Shown here in pieces: positions 1-11,331 of a stretch of DNA of 64,000 nt. Origin of the DNA: Botryllus schlosseri (Eukaryota); contig CM119381.1 in NCBI GenBank assembly GCA_051294905.1, positions 12,462,001 to 12,526,000 on the forward strand, given 5' to 3'. The notes under the pieces were generated by a model. The model ran no database searches, had not been told where the DNA came from, and was given only the letters and a program-made list of their open reading frames with translations. The translations under genes were made by a program, and so were the position numbers. How positions within the stretch are numbered: position 1 is the stretch's first letter; each line of letters opens with the position of its first letter.

Positions 1-140
1 TCAGTGAACCCTTGGTTTCCCGGAAGGTTGTGGTTCGAAACCCTGTCCTTCTTATTCTATCTCCAATATATATACTAGGTCATTTGTAATATGGCGACTG
101 GTATCGCCTGTTGCCGAAATCCCCGGTTAAAGGTAATACC
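1..140 (+). mobile_element. Possible tRNA-derived SINE head cut by the window edge
   Basis: TCAGTG (A-box end) at 1-6 and B-box-like GGTTCGAAACC at 32-42. Confidence 0.3.
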
Positions 141-368
141 TCTATCACAAAAACAATTGCTTTGATGCTTGTATTCAAGAAATATTTTTGTGTGAGAAAA
201 TCACTATAAAAAAAAACAATTGCTTGGCATTTTCCGTATTAATACATGGCTACAATGGTCCTCATTCTGTTTGAGACGTCGTCGCGTACGCACGTCTTTT
301 TCAGCCGCTCAATTCGTAAACTACGAGATCGTAAATTGCCAGAGTGATTAGTGATCGAGGGCTAGGGT

Positions 369-1736
369 TTGATGGAAGTATCGTCGTCCAGTAAGCGTAA
401 ACTGGCGCACGTTGCTACGGATTCACTAGCCAGTGATAGCGACAGCGATGGACGTGCAACTCATGCTAAAGTGTCAGCTAAGGACTTTGCCAGTCAGCCG
501 TCGACGCAGCCTTCTACTCTTCAATCCAAGTCTACGAAGTTACTCAATGATGGAAACGCCGAACATAGCATAAGCAGCGGAATGAAAGTCGTTGTATCGG
601 GTGAGGATGTTTCAATGAAACGTCTTCACCCGACTGTAGTCCATAGAGCCCTCTTTGCGATAATTGGCGAATACGACGGGCCTCGTCCTCTAAAATCGGG
701 GGACCTCCTCGTAACTTGCAAAACTCAGAAGCAAGTTAAAGCGCTTCTACAGTGCAACTGCCTGACCGATAAAGTCTCGGGAAAGTCAATTCAAATGAAA
801 ACCTCTCTGTATCATGATAGGTCTTACACTGCCAGAGCGGTTATTTCTGGTGTCCCACTCGACATTCCAGACTCAGAACTCCTCGAAAACTTTGGTGAAT
901 TTGGTGTCTCTTCCGTCAAGCGCCTTAAGAAAAGAGCTGCTAAGGGCTACGAATTGTGTTCATCAGTTCTCCTGTGCTTCCGCTGCGATAAGGTCCCTGA
1001 AAGTGTCACCTTCTCTTACCTTCGGTTCCGGACAAAACCCTATAACCCACCGCCGCTAAGATGCCATCGCTGTAACAGGTATGGCCACCATAAAGATTCT
1101 TGCAGAGGTAAAGCATGTTGTAGCTTATGTGGCAGCTCTGAGCATGAGCACTCATCCTGCACCAAAGACAAATTCTGTGTAAACTGTAAAAAGCCACATA
1201 GTGCTGCCTACGGTGGCTGCAAAGTGTACAAAACCGAAGCAAAACTTCAGATAATCAAAGAGCGCACCAAAGTCAGCTATACAGAAGCGAAACAAATTCT
1301 TAGTTCTAGTCTCATAAACACCACCTTGCTTCCTGAACAGCCCAGCAGGTCTTTTAGTCAAGTGCTTCGTGAATCAATTGACGAACGTTCCCGTGAATCT
1401 GTGAAAACTCCGAAACATCGTCCCTCGAAAGCTCCGATTCATTCCACCCGTAGTCAGAGGTACATCTCCACTCCTGCTCCAAACGATGGTGATTTGCGGC
1501 ACTTGAACCAAACGCAGGAGAAGGAAGTTTCTTCAAATAATGTGATGTCTTCATCTTTGCTACCTTCTAACACAAGTCATTCTGACCTTCCCCAGTTATT
1601 GAGTCTACTCGTGCAGATTGTACAATTCACCATGGAGGCATTCAAATCTGGTGAAAGTAATGCCCTTGAAATAGTATCAAAAGCATGTCTAGAGCTTGGC
1701 CTCAGTGCTCCAGTACCCAATCGCAATGGCCGCTAA
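369..1736 (+). CDS. LINE ORF1p, gag-like nucleic-acid-binding protein (455 aa)
   Basis: Three zinc knuckles: CHRCNRYGHHKDSC, CSLCGSSEHEHSSC, CVNCKKPHSAAYGGC; upstream LKSGDLLV and VISGVP segments typical of I/Jockey-group ORF1. Confidence 0.92.
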   Translation: MMEVSSSSKRKLAHVATDSLASDSDSDGRATHAKVSAKDFASQPSTQPSTLQSKSTKLLNDGNAEHSISSGMKVVVSGEDVSMKRLHPTVVHRALFAIIGEYDGPRPLKSGDLLVTCKTQKQVKALLQCNCLTDKVSGKSIQMKTSLYHDRSYTARAVISGVPLDIPDSELLENFGEFGVSSVKRLKKRAAKGYELCSSVLLCFRCDKVPESVTFSYLRFRTKPYNPPPLRCHRCNRYGHHKDSCRGKACCSLCGSSEHEHSSCTKDKFCVNCKKPHSAAYGGCKVYKTEAKLQIIKERTKVSYTEAKQILSSSLINTTLLPEQPSRSFSQVLRESIDERSRESVKTPKHRPSKAPIHSTRSQRYISTPAPNDGDLRHLNQTQEKEVSSNNVMSSSLLPSNTSHSDLPQLLSLLVQIVQFTMEAFKSGESNALEIVSKACLELGLSAPVPNRNGR

Positions 1737-4700
1737 CGCCCTCCACTTTTTGCAGTGGAACTGCCGGGGAATTTACCGAAAGTTACCCGAATTGAAACAA
1801 TTTATTAACAACCTCCCTTCTCCGCCTGACGTCATCCTACTGCAGGAGACCCATCTTATTGAAAAGTACACCCCCCATATACCCGGGTTCAGGACCTTCC
1901 GCAAAGACAAAACACTCCATTCGGGTGGACTTGCCATATTCGTTCGTGAAACACACTCTCCTGCGGATGTTCATATCGTATCGCCGTCTTGCATTGAAGT
2001 CATGTGTGTATCTATCGGGCATCTTCGTATATGCAATGTTTATGTAAGTCCAAACACTATCCTGGAAGAGGACGCCTTCGTCTTCCTGGATTCAATGTCC
2101 TCCCAGTCGATCATATTTGGGGATTTTAATGCGCACCACCTATCTTGGGGAAGCAGTAGCAACAGAAGGGGGCACCTCCTTTTAGGGGCTATCGATAGGA
2201 ATCACATGGTGATGCTGAATAGCAACACTCCTACCCGATTGAATATCGCAGCTAATGCAATTAATCGTTATTCGCTCATCGACCTCACTATAGCATCTGC
2301 TGACATATCGTCGAGGTGCTGTTTAGAGGTCTTGGATACGTTGTTAGGAAGCGACCATTTCATTATATCGACTACTTATAACAACCGTGTTCCGATGTCA
2401 GATACCAGACAGTTCTCTTGGAATTACCGCAAAGCGGATTGGATGGCATTCAGCAAAGTCGTCGAGAGAAACTTGGACTCCCATGGTTGTACTGATGTCG
2501 ATACCCTTAACGATCGTCTTTCGGCATGCGTTATCAGTGCGGCTCACAAGCACATCCCGAGGAAACGTCCGTCACATCATCGTAAGCCATCAGTGCCTTG
2601 GTGGAATAATTCGTGCGAAAGAGCTGTCAGACGTAAGAAAGCGGCATTCTTAAAAATGAAAAGGAGTTTCATCTTGGCCGACATCATCGAGTTCAAACGA
2701 CTAAGGTCGGAATGTCGCAAAACTATCCTAGTATCCAAAAAAGAGAGCTGGCAAGAGTTCTGCTCTAGTCTCAACGATAAGAGCAATTACTCAAAAGTCT
2801 GGAAAGTTGTTCGCTCATTCTCAGGAGTTAGAACATATCAGCCCATACCACCAATCATAGTCAATGGCGATGCAATATGCGGTGACAAAGCAAAAGCCAA
2901 TGCATTAGCTGCACGCTTTCAGTCGGTCAGTAGTGATTGCAATTACCCTGCCGAATTTCAAGCAAGGAAAAATGCCTTCGAGTACAATGCAAACTCTTGC
3001 ACCTCTAGCTCGCCACCGAGTTGCGACGCCATTAACCACGCTTTTTCAATGGCTGAGTTGAATGCAGCTATATCTTCGCGGAAAAATTCTAGTCCCGGTC
3101 AGGACGAGATAGGTTATCCGATGCTGAAGCATTTATCAGAGAAGAGTCTGACCTATATTCTCTACATGATAAACACCTCCTGGAGTTATGGATTACTTCC
3201 TGAAAAATGGAAGCGCTCAGTCATCGTACCAATTCCAAAAAAGGACAAAGATCCTTCCCTCGCAAAATCATATCGGCCCATCTCCCTTACTAGCCATGTT
3301 TGCAAGATTATGGAGGTCATGGTAACTAAGCGCTTAAGATGGTACCTCGAATCAAATGGTCTCATCAACGATGAACAATCTGGTTTCCGTCATGAGCGCA
3401 GTACGCTTGACAATATTCTTCGGTTACACGACGATGTCTATAAAGGTATTAATAATCGGTATTCTGTGATTGCAGTATTCTTGGACATACAGTCCGCTTA
3501 CGATATGGTCTGGAGAAAAGGTCTCGTCTTCAAATTGACGAAGCATGGGGTCAAAGGTCAAATGCTAGACTGGATCAAAAACTTTTTGTCAACACGTTCT
3601 TTCCAAGTTCGTGTTGGTAATAACTTGTCTAACGTACACTATATGGAAAATGGCCTTCCACAAGGCAGTGTCATAAGCCCGCTCCTTTTTGCGGTGATGG
3701 TTTCTGATATTCCATCAACGGGCGATTGCTCCCACGCACTATTTGCTGATGATCTTCTAATCTGGGACAGTTCTTTGTCGGTGTCGAATCTTGTCCACAC
3801 AGTACAAAGTTCATTGAACGACTTGCAGCATTGGTGTAATCAGTGGGGCCTGATATTATCCAAGGAAAAAACTGTCGCGATGCACTTTACACGTAAGCGC
3901 AACATCCCCCCCATCTCGCTACATCTTGATGGGTCGGAAATTCCATTTGTGGAAACTTTCAAATACCTTGGTATTGTTTTTGACCGAAGACTCTCATACA
4001 AACCTCACATAGAATATATCTCGTCCAAGTGTTGTAAGAGGCTCAACTTACTGCGAGTTTTGAGTGGCACGAGCTGGGGAGCCAGCAAGGGCACCCTCTT
4101 GTGCGTCTACCGTGCACTCATAAGATCTATTATGGACTATGGGTTGCCCGTATACTTCTCTGCGCCTGCCACCCATCTCAAGAAGATTCGATCAATCCAG
4201 TATAAGGCCCTTCGGATCTGTACCAATGCAATGACTAGTACCCCGATATGTGTGATCCAGGCCGAATGTCACGAGATGCCTTTCCATCTTCGACACCTTC
4301 TTATCTCGATGCACTATCGATGTCACCTTTTAAATCAAGAGCCTGGAAATCAATTCGTTCAACATCTCATTCAAGACAGCTGGCACGAGATCTACAGTAT
4401 GACGAGACCGAACTTTCGAACGTTCAATACGCTCACGACATCGTCGCTATTTGACGGCGTTATATTGGACAATTACCACTTTCCATCTATTCCACCCTGG
4501 TTTCTGCCCCAGCCACATGTTGACCTCTCACTTTTGCACGAGTCATCGTCCCGCGATGTCTCCGGATCTTTCGACCAGATTTGTTCGAGTCATGTTGCCG
4601 ATCACTATGCCGGATACACTCCGATTTACACTGATGGGTCTAAATCAAGCGTTGGAGGAGGAGCTGCTTTTTATATTCCGTCACTCGCAGTATCGGAAGT

Positions 4701-5469
4701 TCATCATTGCCATAGCGAGCAATCTGTTTTTTCCACGGAACTGATCGCAATCCAACGGGCTGTTAACTGGATCTCCAGAATTTCCCTGACGACGGATAAG
4801 TTCCTGATCATGTCCGATTGCTCCAGTGCTGTACTATGCATTCGCAACTCTAATTTACAGCCCCACTGCAGACTGGTTGAGAAAATTCTCTCATCTCTTC
4901 TCGAATTACGACAGCGAAATATCGATGTGGCATTTTTGTGGATTCCAGGGCACGCCGGGATCAGCGGAAACGAGGAAGCCGACCGGCTAGCGAAAACGGC
5001 ATCCAACTATTCAGCCAATATCGGTCAGCAATTGCCGATACTATCAAAACTCGAGGTGCGGAAGATCATCCAGCGGCATTGTCTGGCTTTATGGGACGAA
5101 GAATATCAAGCATCCGAAAACGGACATCAGTATAAAATTTTTAATCCATCCATTGCGAACAAACCGCCGGCACGTAGAAACCGCGTAGAAGAAAGCATCC
5201 TGTTTCGTCTCCAGTCCGGCCACTGTCGTCTGAATAACCATTTGTTTAGGATAGGTTTAGTGGAATCTCCTCTTTGCTCTCTTTGTCGCTATCCTGAAAC
5301 CACTGAACATTTTTTGATCCACTGCTCAAAATATGATTTCCATCGTACTTTTCTCATTGCTAAATGTGCTGAATTGAATGTTGATTTCCGCCTTGAAATT
5401 ATCCTCATGGAGGTTCGAATCATCCCTTTTACAATTGAGTTTGTGTTATCCTGCAACCGTAATTTGTGA
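1726..5469 (+). CDS. LINE ORF2p: AP endonuclease, reverse transcriptase, RNase H, C-terminal CCHC
   Basis: APE motifs QWNCRG, LQETH, GDFNAHH, GSDHF; RT motifs YRPISL, QSGFR, FLDIQSAYD, GLPQGSVISPLLF, FADD, KYLG; RNase H motifs YTDGSK, STELIAI, MSDC, WIPGHAGISGNEEAD; CSLC...EHFLIHC. Probable ATG at 1726 overlaps the ORF1 stop (the track starts at a TTG, 1696). Confidence 0.96.
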   Translation: MAANALHFLQWNCRGIYRKLPELKQFINNLPSPPDVILLQETHLIEKYTPHIPGFRTFRKDKTLHSGGLAIFVRETHSPADVHIVSPSCIEVMCVSIGHLRICNVYVSPNTILEEDAFVFLDSMSSQSIIFGDFNAHHLSWGSSSNRRGHLLLGAIDRNHMVMLNSNTPTRLNIAANAINRYSLIDLTIASADISSRCCLEVLDTLLGSDHFIISTTYNNRVPMSDTRQFSWNYRKADWMAFSKVVERNLDSHGCTDVDTLNDRLSACVISAAHKHIPRKRPSHHRKPSVPWWNNSCERAVRRKKAAFLKMKRSFILADIIEFKRLRSECRKTILVSKKESWQEFCSSLNDKSNYSKVWKVVRSFSGVRTYQPIPPIIVNGDAICGDKAKANALAARFQSVSSDCNYPAEFQARKNAFEYNANSCTSSSPPSCDAINHAFSMAELNAAISSRKNSSPGQDEIGYPMLKHLSEKSLTYILYMINTSWSYGLLPEKWKRSVIVPIPKKDKDPSLAKSYRPISLTSHVCKIMEVMVTKRLRWYLESNGLINDEQSGFRHERSTLDNILRLHDDVYKGINNRYSVIAVFLDIQSAYDMVWRKGLVFKLTKHGVKGQMLDWIKNFLSTRSFQVRVGNNLSNVHYMENGLPQGSVISPLLFAVMVSDIPSTGDCSHALFADDLLIWDSSLSVSNLVHTVQSSLNDLQHWCNQWGLILSKEKTVAMHFTRKRNIPPISLHLDGSEIPFVETFKYLGIVFDRRLSYKPHIEYISSKCCKRLNLLRVLSGTSWGASKGTLLCVYRALIRSIMDYGLPVYFSAPATHLKKIRSIQYKALRICTNAMTSTPICVIQAECHEMPFHLRHLLISMHYRCHLLNQEPGNQFVQHLIQDSWHEIYSMTRPNFRTFNTLTTSSLFDGVILDNYHFPSIPPWFLPQPHVDLSLLHESSSRDVSGSFDQICSSHVADHYAGYTPIYTDGSKSSVGGGAAFYIPSLAVSEVHHCHSEQSVFSTELIAIQRAVNWISRISLTTDKFLIMSDCSSAVLCIRNSNLQPHCRLVEKILSSLLELRQRNIDVAFLWIPGHAGISGNEEADRLAKTASNYSANIGQQLPILSKLEVRKIIQRHCLALWDEEYQASENGHQYKIFNPSIANKPPARRNRVEESILFRLQSGHCRLNNHLFRIGLVESPLCSLCRYPETTEHFLIHCSKYDFHRTFLIAKCAELNVDFRLEIILMEVRIIPFTIEFVLSCNRNL

Positions 5470-5967
5470 ATAGCCGTGAACGTGTCCTTTTCAACTGCTC
5501 TGTGAATTCCCTTTTCTCGCCTGGATATTCTTTCGTATATGTATCAATGAAATGCTGTTTTTTTTTAAATGTCTATCCAATACGTACTCCATCGTGAACT
5601 GATTTTCATTTATTACGCAATTCTTGGTCGTGGTGCAAAAGACCAACAGGTGATAAGCGCCAAATTTTTTTTTTTAATAAACAACAACAACAACAATGGC
5701 TACAATGGTAACTTATCCATAGTCTGATAAGGAATAAATGGATCACTAGGGGAAATGATTACTTTTATCAACGACGTTACAACACGTTATCAACTTGACG
5801 TATAGTGAACTACAGATGGCGTCACAATGGTCGAGTCGTCTGACATTTTGTGGGAGTGATGGTGAGATATTTTAAAGACAAAATTCGGGCAGTTTCTTTC
5901 AACTCGGGCTAAGCACAACTTCAATAATTATAATTGATACGCATTACCTGCGTAGAGATGCAATGTA

Positions 5968-6894
5968 GGTAGGTAGGTATGACGGGGATAGTGGGGCTTA
6001 GCTACTCGGCTTTTTGCCCCATGACGATATCTGGCGATAACTACTCCTGTACTATCTGAAGGAATTACAATTCTTTATAGGCCCATATCCCTGCCACTTG
6101 AAATCATGAATTCGATGACCGGCCATATAGTATGTGCGTCTGTGAGTAGGGACTCTGGCGTTAGGGGTACTCTGTTTTGGTCAGCAATCTAAATTAGATT
6201 GATCCTGGCACGGTCATATTTAGGGCAATGGAGGAGGAAATGCTCGACGGTTTACTTGATCCCGCATGCATCACAAAGGCCATTTTGATGACATTTAATT
6301 CTGTCTAGATGATCGTTCAGCCTAGAGTGACCAGTCTGCAGTCTAATTAGGATTCCAGATTCCCTGCGTGACAAATCGATAATTGGGTTTATGTCCCTGA
6401 TATCTCCAATAATTTTTCTATATTGCGAGTCGTCGTCATGGGCATTCTTGTGATCGATCCACTTTTTCCGACATATATCGGCAATGTGGGATTTCATTTC
6501 CTTCATAGTAATTTTTTGCTGAAGGTTTTGATCTCGCGCGAGTGGCATCAGTGCTGCTCTTAGTGCGATTTCGTCGGCTTTTTCGTTGCCGCGGATACCT
6601 TTATGGCCAGGGATCCAGGCCAAAACAACTTCGATCCCTAGTGCATGTAAATCCGATCCTAGGATGAGGATATCGACGATGAGTTCATTGTCCGGAGAGC
6701 AATTTCGAATCGCCACTAGAGTGCTCTGGCTGTCCGACAAAATAGCCACACGACTTTCCGGCGTACCATTGCGTTTAAACCATTCTAAACTATTCCTGAT
6801 GGCGTTCAATTCTGTCGAGAAGACGGATAAGTGACCGTCGAGGGTGTAGCTGTAACAGACGTCTCTGTTCTCAACGAAAAAACAATGCAATGCA
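5968..6894 (-). mobile_element. 5'-truncated I-group LINE of a second family (RNase H + CCHC end of ORF2), with in-frame stops
   Basis: Minus frame SVFSTEL..ILSDSQS..WIPGHKGIRGNEKAD..RLQTGH..CDACGIK*TVEHFLLHC..GRDMGL* ending about 6077; 3' stem-loop 5992-6021; (CCTA)n tail; TSD ATGCAATGTA at 5958-5967 and 6895-6904. Confidence 0.9.
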
Positions 6895-7757
6895 ATGCAA
6901 TGTAACACACGATGATAAGATGGACGTTGATGGCTATACGTCTTTTTAAAAGATGTTTTATATGAATTGTTGTTTTAATATGTTTTGGACATGTATATTT
7001 TAAAACAGCTTTGTTTAAATGCAACCCAAATTTCATGGTTTCCAACCTGAATAGAAAGAGGCTCTGTATCCATTACAATACGCATTGTTGGTAAAATAAT
7101 TATCAGTGACGGGTGGCATTATTCAAAATTTGAAAGGATAACCAGATTTGCTCAAATATACTGCTTTATTTATCCATTCCGTTCCGAAATTATAATATAT
7201 ATGGACCAGTAAGGGCTTGGAAACCATTGCATCGATGCTGAGCACTTATTCAGCGAAAGAATATACATCATGAGTTTTAACAGGGGTTCACACGAACCTC
7301 ATGGGTCCGTTGAACCCGTCTCAGGGGTTCGGCGGAAGTCACGACACGTACGCTACTCATATGATTCCTGATGACATGCCCGTCTTGACCATCATGGGCT
7401 AGAGCAGTGGTCGGGTACCTATGGCTCGCAAGCCATATATGGTTCTTTTGGGTATAACATATGACTCTTTGACAAATTTATCAATATTGCGGCAACTTGT
7501 TACTAAAAGACGGCCAGAATAATTAATTATTCTAGTGACAGCATAAATATGCCTTTGAGTTGTCAAGACAGTGGGGTGTCCAGGGCTAGAGGCTCGTTAC
7601 CCTCTTTTCAAAATCCCCAAATTTAAGTTGATGTCGCGTCGGCGACTATAACATCACTCGCAAATTCGATTTACCCGCCCTCGCGCGCCTCGAAACCTGG
7701 ATTGCTCGATACCTTCATTGATCAAAGAGAATAGCAGACATGGCGACGCTTTGTATG

Positions 7758-8181
7758 TAGAGTTGCATTTAAAACAAAAATCAATTTAAAACAAGCATTT
7801 TTAAAACAAGGCCCTCATTTAAAATATGTTTTTTAATGTTTTTTTGTTTGTTTTTTTAAGCCACGACGTCACGAATATTCAATTGTGACGTCATGGAGGA
7901 TTGACATTGACAATTGAAAATATAGGGTATATATAGTTCCTTTGACGAAATATCTACGTATACTATAGCTGTTGAGGGTTCCAACCATCTCATGTCGTAT
8001 GCGTCAGCTATATCGGATGGTAATTGTCCGTAGACTCATACAACATGTTTTTTGGAAAGTATTTACACAATTATGGCATGATTTTAAAACTTAAAAAACA
8101 CAATTTTTTTTAAAAGGCCTTTGTTAAAACATGTTTTAAGCAAAGTATTTTAAACAGTCATTTGTTTTAAATGCAACCCTA
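7758..8181 (-). mobile_element. hAT-like MITE, TAG(A/G)GTTGCATTTAAAACAA TIRs
   Basis: About 19-bp TIRs; degenerate 8-bp TSD TTTGTATG/TTTGTTGG; reverse-complement homolog at 60010-60432; TIR fragment near 7010-7027. Confidence 0.8.
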
Positions 8182-9040
8182 TTTGTTGGACAAATCAATT
8201 TTCAACACACATTGTCTTCCTGATCTATACGCCGAAAAATAAACTGCCTTGGAAGTGACATTCACCATTACAAATTCAAATTAAAGACAACTATAGCTAC
8301 ATCCATGTTCTTAATTGGTAAGTAGCTTTTTAGCACCGCCGTAAAATCTAGGTGTTTATTGCAACGTTATGTTACGCCGAATTCCTTAGAATTCGATCAA
8401 TATTTAGATTTTCAGAATCAGTGCGACAATTACATTTGATTAATATCAGTGATTAGAAATTCTAAGCTATTTACGATGAGTTGCGCTATTACAGAAGAGG
8501 CTTGGTATGTCTGTGCCTCCTCTGAGTCTTACCTCTACTTTCGCGCTTTATCTTCGAACAATAAAGATGAAAGTTTCGTGATTTTAGGACTAAAAATGTT
8601 CAAAATCTAGTGATTCACAAACACCGATAGAAAATACCACTATTATTTGAAGGTTTCACAATTTTCCTTCATTCACTTCTGAAGACATGTGAGACCCTCC
8701 CTCACTGTCCTCCCCTAACCCCACGTCACTAACGTATCACACCATGCATTGGGTATGTACTGCTGTAGTGGCCATGTTTGGCCCCACCCACACTCGGGTG
8801 CAGAAAAATATGGCGCACTTCACGAATCCCATATACTAGTGCTACCAATACGTCAAGAATTTTTATTTGTGACGGAACAATTGATTGATGTATGGTTCTT
8901 TGCAAGTTACAATTGAAAATATTGGGTCAATATCGGTATTCGATCGAAAAAGCTTCCCAACTCCTGGGCTAGATGGATCAGTACTCCAATGTCAATGTGA
9001 ATGTTGTGGTGGTAGCCTATATATATAGGTCGTGTGCATA

Positions 9041-9676
9041 GGGGTCTTCAAAAAGGACTATTTTTCTTAAATCGTACTGGCTACTTGATAAAATTGTTAG
9101 GTTACCTAATTTAAGCCTACACACCAAATTTGGTTCAATTCCAACCAGTAGCCGCATTGCTACAGGAGAAGAAAGTTTCTATTTGTTATATAAAAATAAA
9201 TAACAAAAAAAATATTAAAATTTTCCGTTCACCTCATGAAACTGCTAAACGATGTTATAACCAAAGTTGGATCAATTCCAACCATAGTGGAAGCGGAGAT
9301 ATTGCCGTCGAAAAATTTGGATTTGAATAAAATAGTATTTACGGTGGGCATCACTTTAATAAGTAATAAAAGACTTGGTCACCGTAAATACTATTTTATT
9401 CATAATCGAAAACTCTGCTTCCACTGGGTGGAATTGAACCAAGTTTGGTGAACATCGTTTCTATAGACAACCTGACACTTTCATGGGGTGAACAGAAAAT
9501 TTTCTAATTTTTTGTTATTTATTTTTGTATAACTCATAGAAACTTTCTTCTCCTGTAGCGATGCGGCTACTGGTTGGAATTGAACCAAATTTGGTGTGCA
9601 GGCTTAAATTAGGTAACGTGACAATTTTATCAAGTAGCCAGTACGATTTGAGAAAAAAGTCATGTTTGAAGACCCC
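9041..9676. mobile_element. Foldback MITE, almost fully palindromic (arms about 300 bp), Tc1/mariner-like
   Basis: GGGGTCTTCAAA...TTTGAAGACCCC ends; arms complementary up to a short spacer near 9345-9375; left flank TA, right flank TC; shares CACACCAAATTTGG..TTCCAACCAGTA with 48494-48978. Confidence 0.85.
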
Positions 9677-10113
9677 TCTCTGCAATCGCGTACCTAGGGG
9701 CAGTTGGGATTGGAAATCATCTTTTTCTGATAATCACATGTTTTATGGATTTATTTTATAACACTGCTGCACATATCGAAAGTTATGTTGTACACCAGTA
9801 TTTTGGGGAATTATTTTAGTTGCTGCCTATAGTCCGATGAGTCCGATGAGCAATGTGGTAGATTTTTGTGTTTGCGACTCAGCAATAATTTGGGGTTAGC
9901 TGAATGCTTACATGTTAGCGCAAGGGTTCGCCTGGTAAGGTAAGGGAAATAATCACCGATATATAGCCATTTCATGAAAATATGGATATTTGTTGATGTA
10001 ATAGGCCGAAAATGATTTTAGGATGATGGCCACAGAAGGGAGAAATCAGAGTTACTAGATAAAATAGTGAGTATACGTCACAACTATTTTATTGAAGTAT
10101 ATAGCCTATATAT

Positions 10114-11063
10114 TAGGGATGGTGTGAACGTGAGGTTCACGTTCGCGTTCTGTGTGTGAACCTCGGAAATTTTGAGGTTCGCGTTCACAACAGAACCTTG
10201 GTAGGTTCTGCAGTGTGAACCTTTTTCATATATTACAATTTTCACGTCAAACATCTTTGGTTCAAATTTATTGCATTTCAACTGCGGGCCACTTTATATG
10301 CATGGTGCTGGCAGCATAAACAATCAACACTAAGCGAGCATACACCTTGACAATCTCAAAAGTTTTCTCGAAATATCCAGCTTTCCGTTTGTGAATATTT
10401 ATTAATGACTCTCTGCTGCGTGAGCTTGTGACCTGTAATCACACAGCACCAAGAGCGAAATACACTACATGTAGTCAGCGAATGTGATATCGTTTTCTGA
10501 TGTAAAAATCTAGCAGGCGTACGGGGTCAATCTTGACTTCATAAGTTTACTTATCATAAAAGTCAAATTCGTGCGATTGGGGTTTTGGCTACACTTGTAT
10601 AACTTGTTAATGGGGCAATATCGGTAGCAAGTATAATAACCCGTTTGCAGTCTGCTCAATATCCATGTAGCAATACCCAGACGCCGAATACGCTGTACGG
10701 TCTGGGCTAGACAGTTAGGGCGTGAGCTTATATTCCCTGGCAAGTCCTCGTCGAAATTGTTGGAAAAGCGACGGAAGATAATGATTTTATGGGATCATTT
10801 GATTGTCTCAGATGATACATTTAGTGACGTTTAAAACGTCAATATGTACTTGAGCATGGTGGAATTTATGTGGCCCGATTCCTCGCTAGGTATCGTGTAC
10901 TAGTACATTAATATAGGCTATCACTTCATCGAAATATAGGGTTGAAAGTATCAATATGACGTCACGTGACGTCATGAGGTTCACGTTCGCGTTCACACAG
11001 AACCTTTCAAAAAGGTTCGCGTTCACACGAACCTGAACCTTTCAGAGGTTCACACCATCCCTA
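10114..11063. mobile_element. Non-autonomous hAT (Ac-like TAGGGATG TIR), 950 bp
   Basis: 16-bp TIR TAGGGATGGTGTGAAC; perfect 8-bp TSD CTATATAT; subterminal GTTCAC/GAACC repeats; partial reverse copy at about 48140-48470. Confidence 0.92.
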
Positions 11064-11331
11064 CTATATATTACATTCACGCCAGATCTCATACTTATTC
11101 AGCAATCTATAATTTCAGACTACTCTGGAAATTAAAAATGGCGAGCTGGTAATATGAATTTCTATGATGTTTGTTTTCAATGTACAACAATATTCCCACT
11201 CCCAGGAAATCAGTCTGAAGCAAGCTAATGAGGATAAGAAAATCTTCGAGCGTCGGCTTCGGGAATTGGTGAAATTAATTTTTGTAATTTTTCGTCGCAT
11301 ATCTTCGGAGTGCAACCTTACAGATTAGCCG

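Larger units (their letters stand above)
260..5695 (+). mobile_element. Full-length I-group (I/Nimb-like) non-LTR retrotransposon with two intact ORFs
   Basis: 14-bp TSD ATGGCTACAATGGT at 246-259 and 5696-5709; 5' end CCTCATTC (Inr-like TCATT); 3' end has a stem-loop (5631-5662), AATAAA (5676-5681) and a (CAA)n tail; ORF1 and ORF2 uninterrupted. Confidence 0.95.

Noticed and set aside
814-6834. Short ORFs overlapping the LINEs, and the MLHCIALHC start of ORF 6252-6908
   Set aside because: Off-frame or antisense by-products; the start is translated junction (CAATG)n repeat.
8468-8504. Frame IYDELRYYRRGL followed by GTATGT, echoing Cbl YYRRGL
   Set aside because: Only six residues match, so it is not a Cbl duplicate. 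It could be an upstream exon of the coiled-coil gene, but the acceptor is weak and it cannot be linked.
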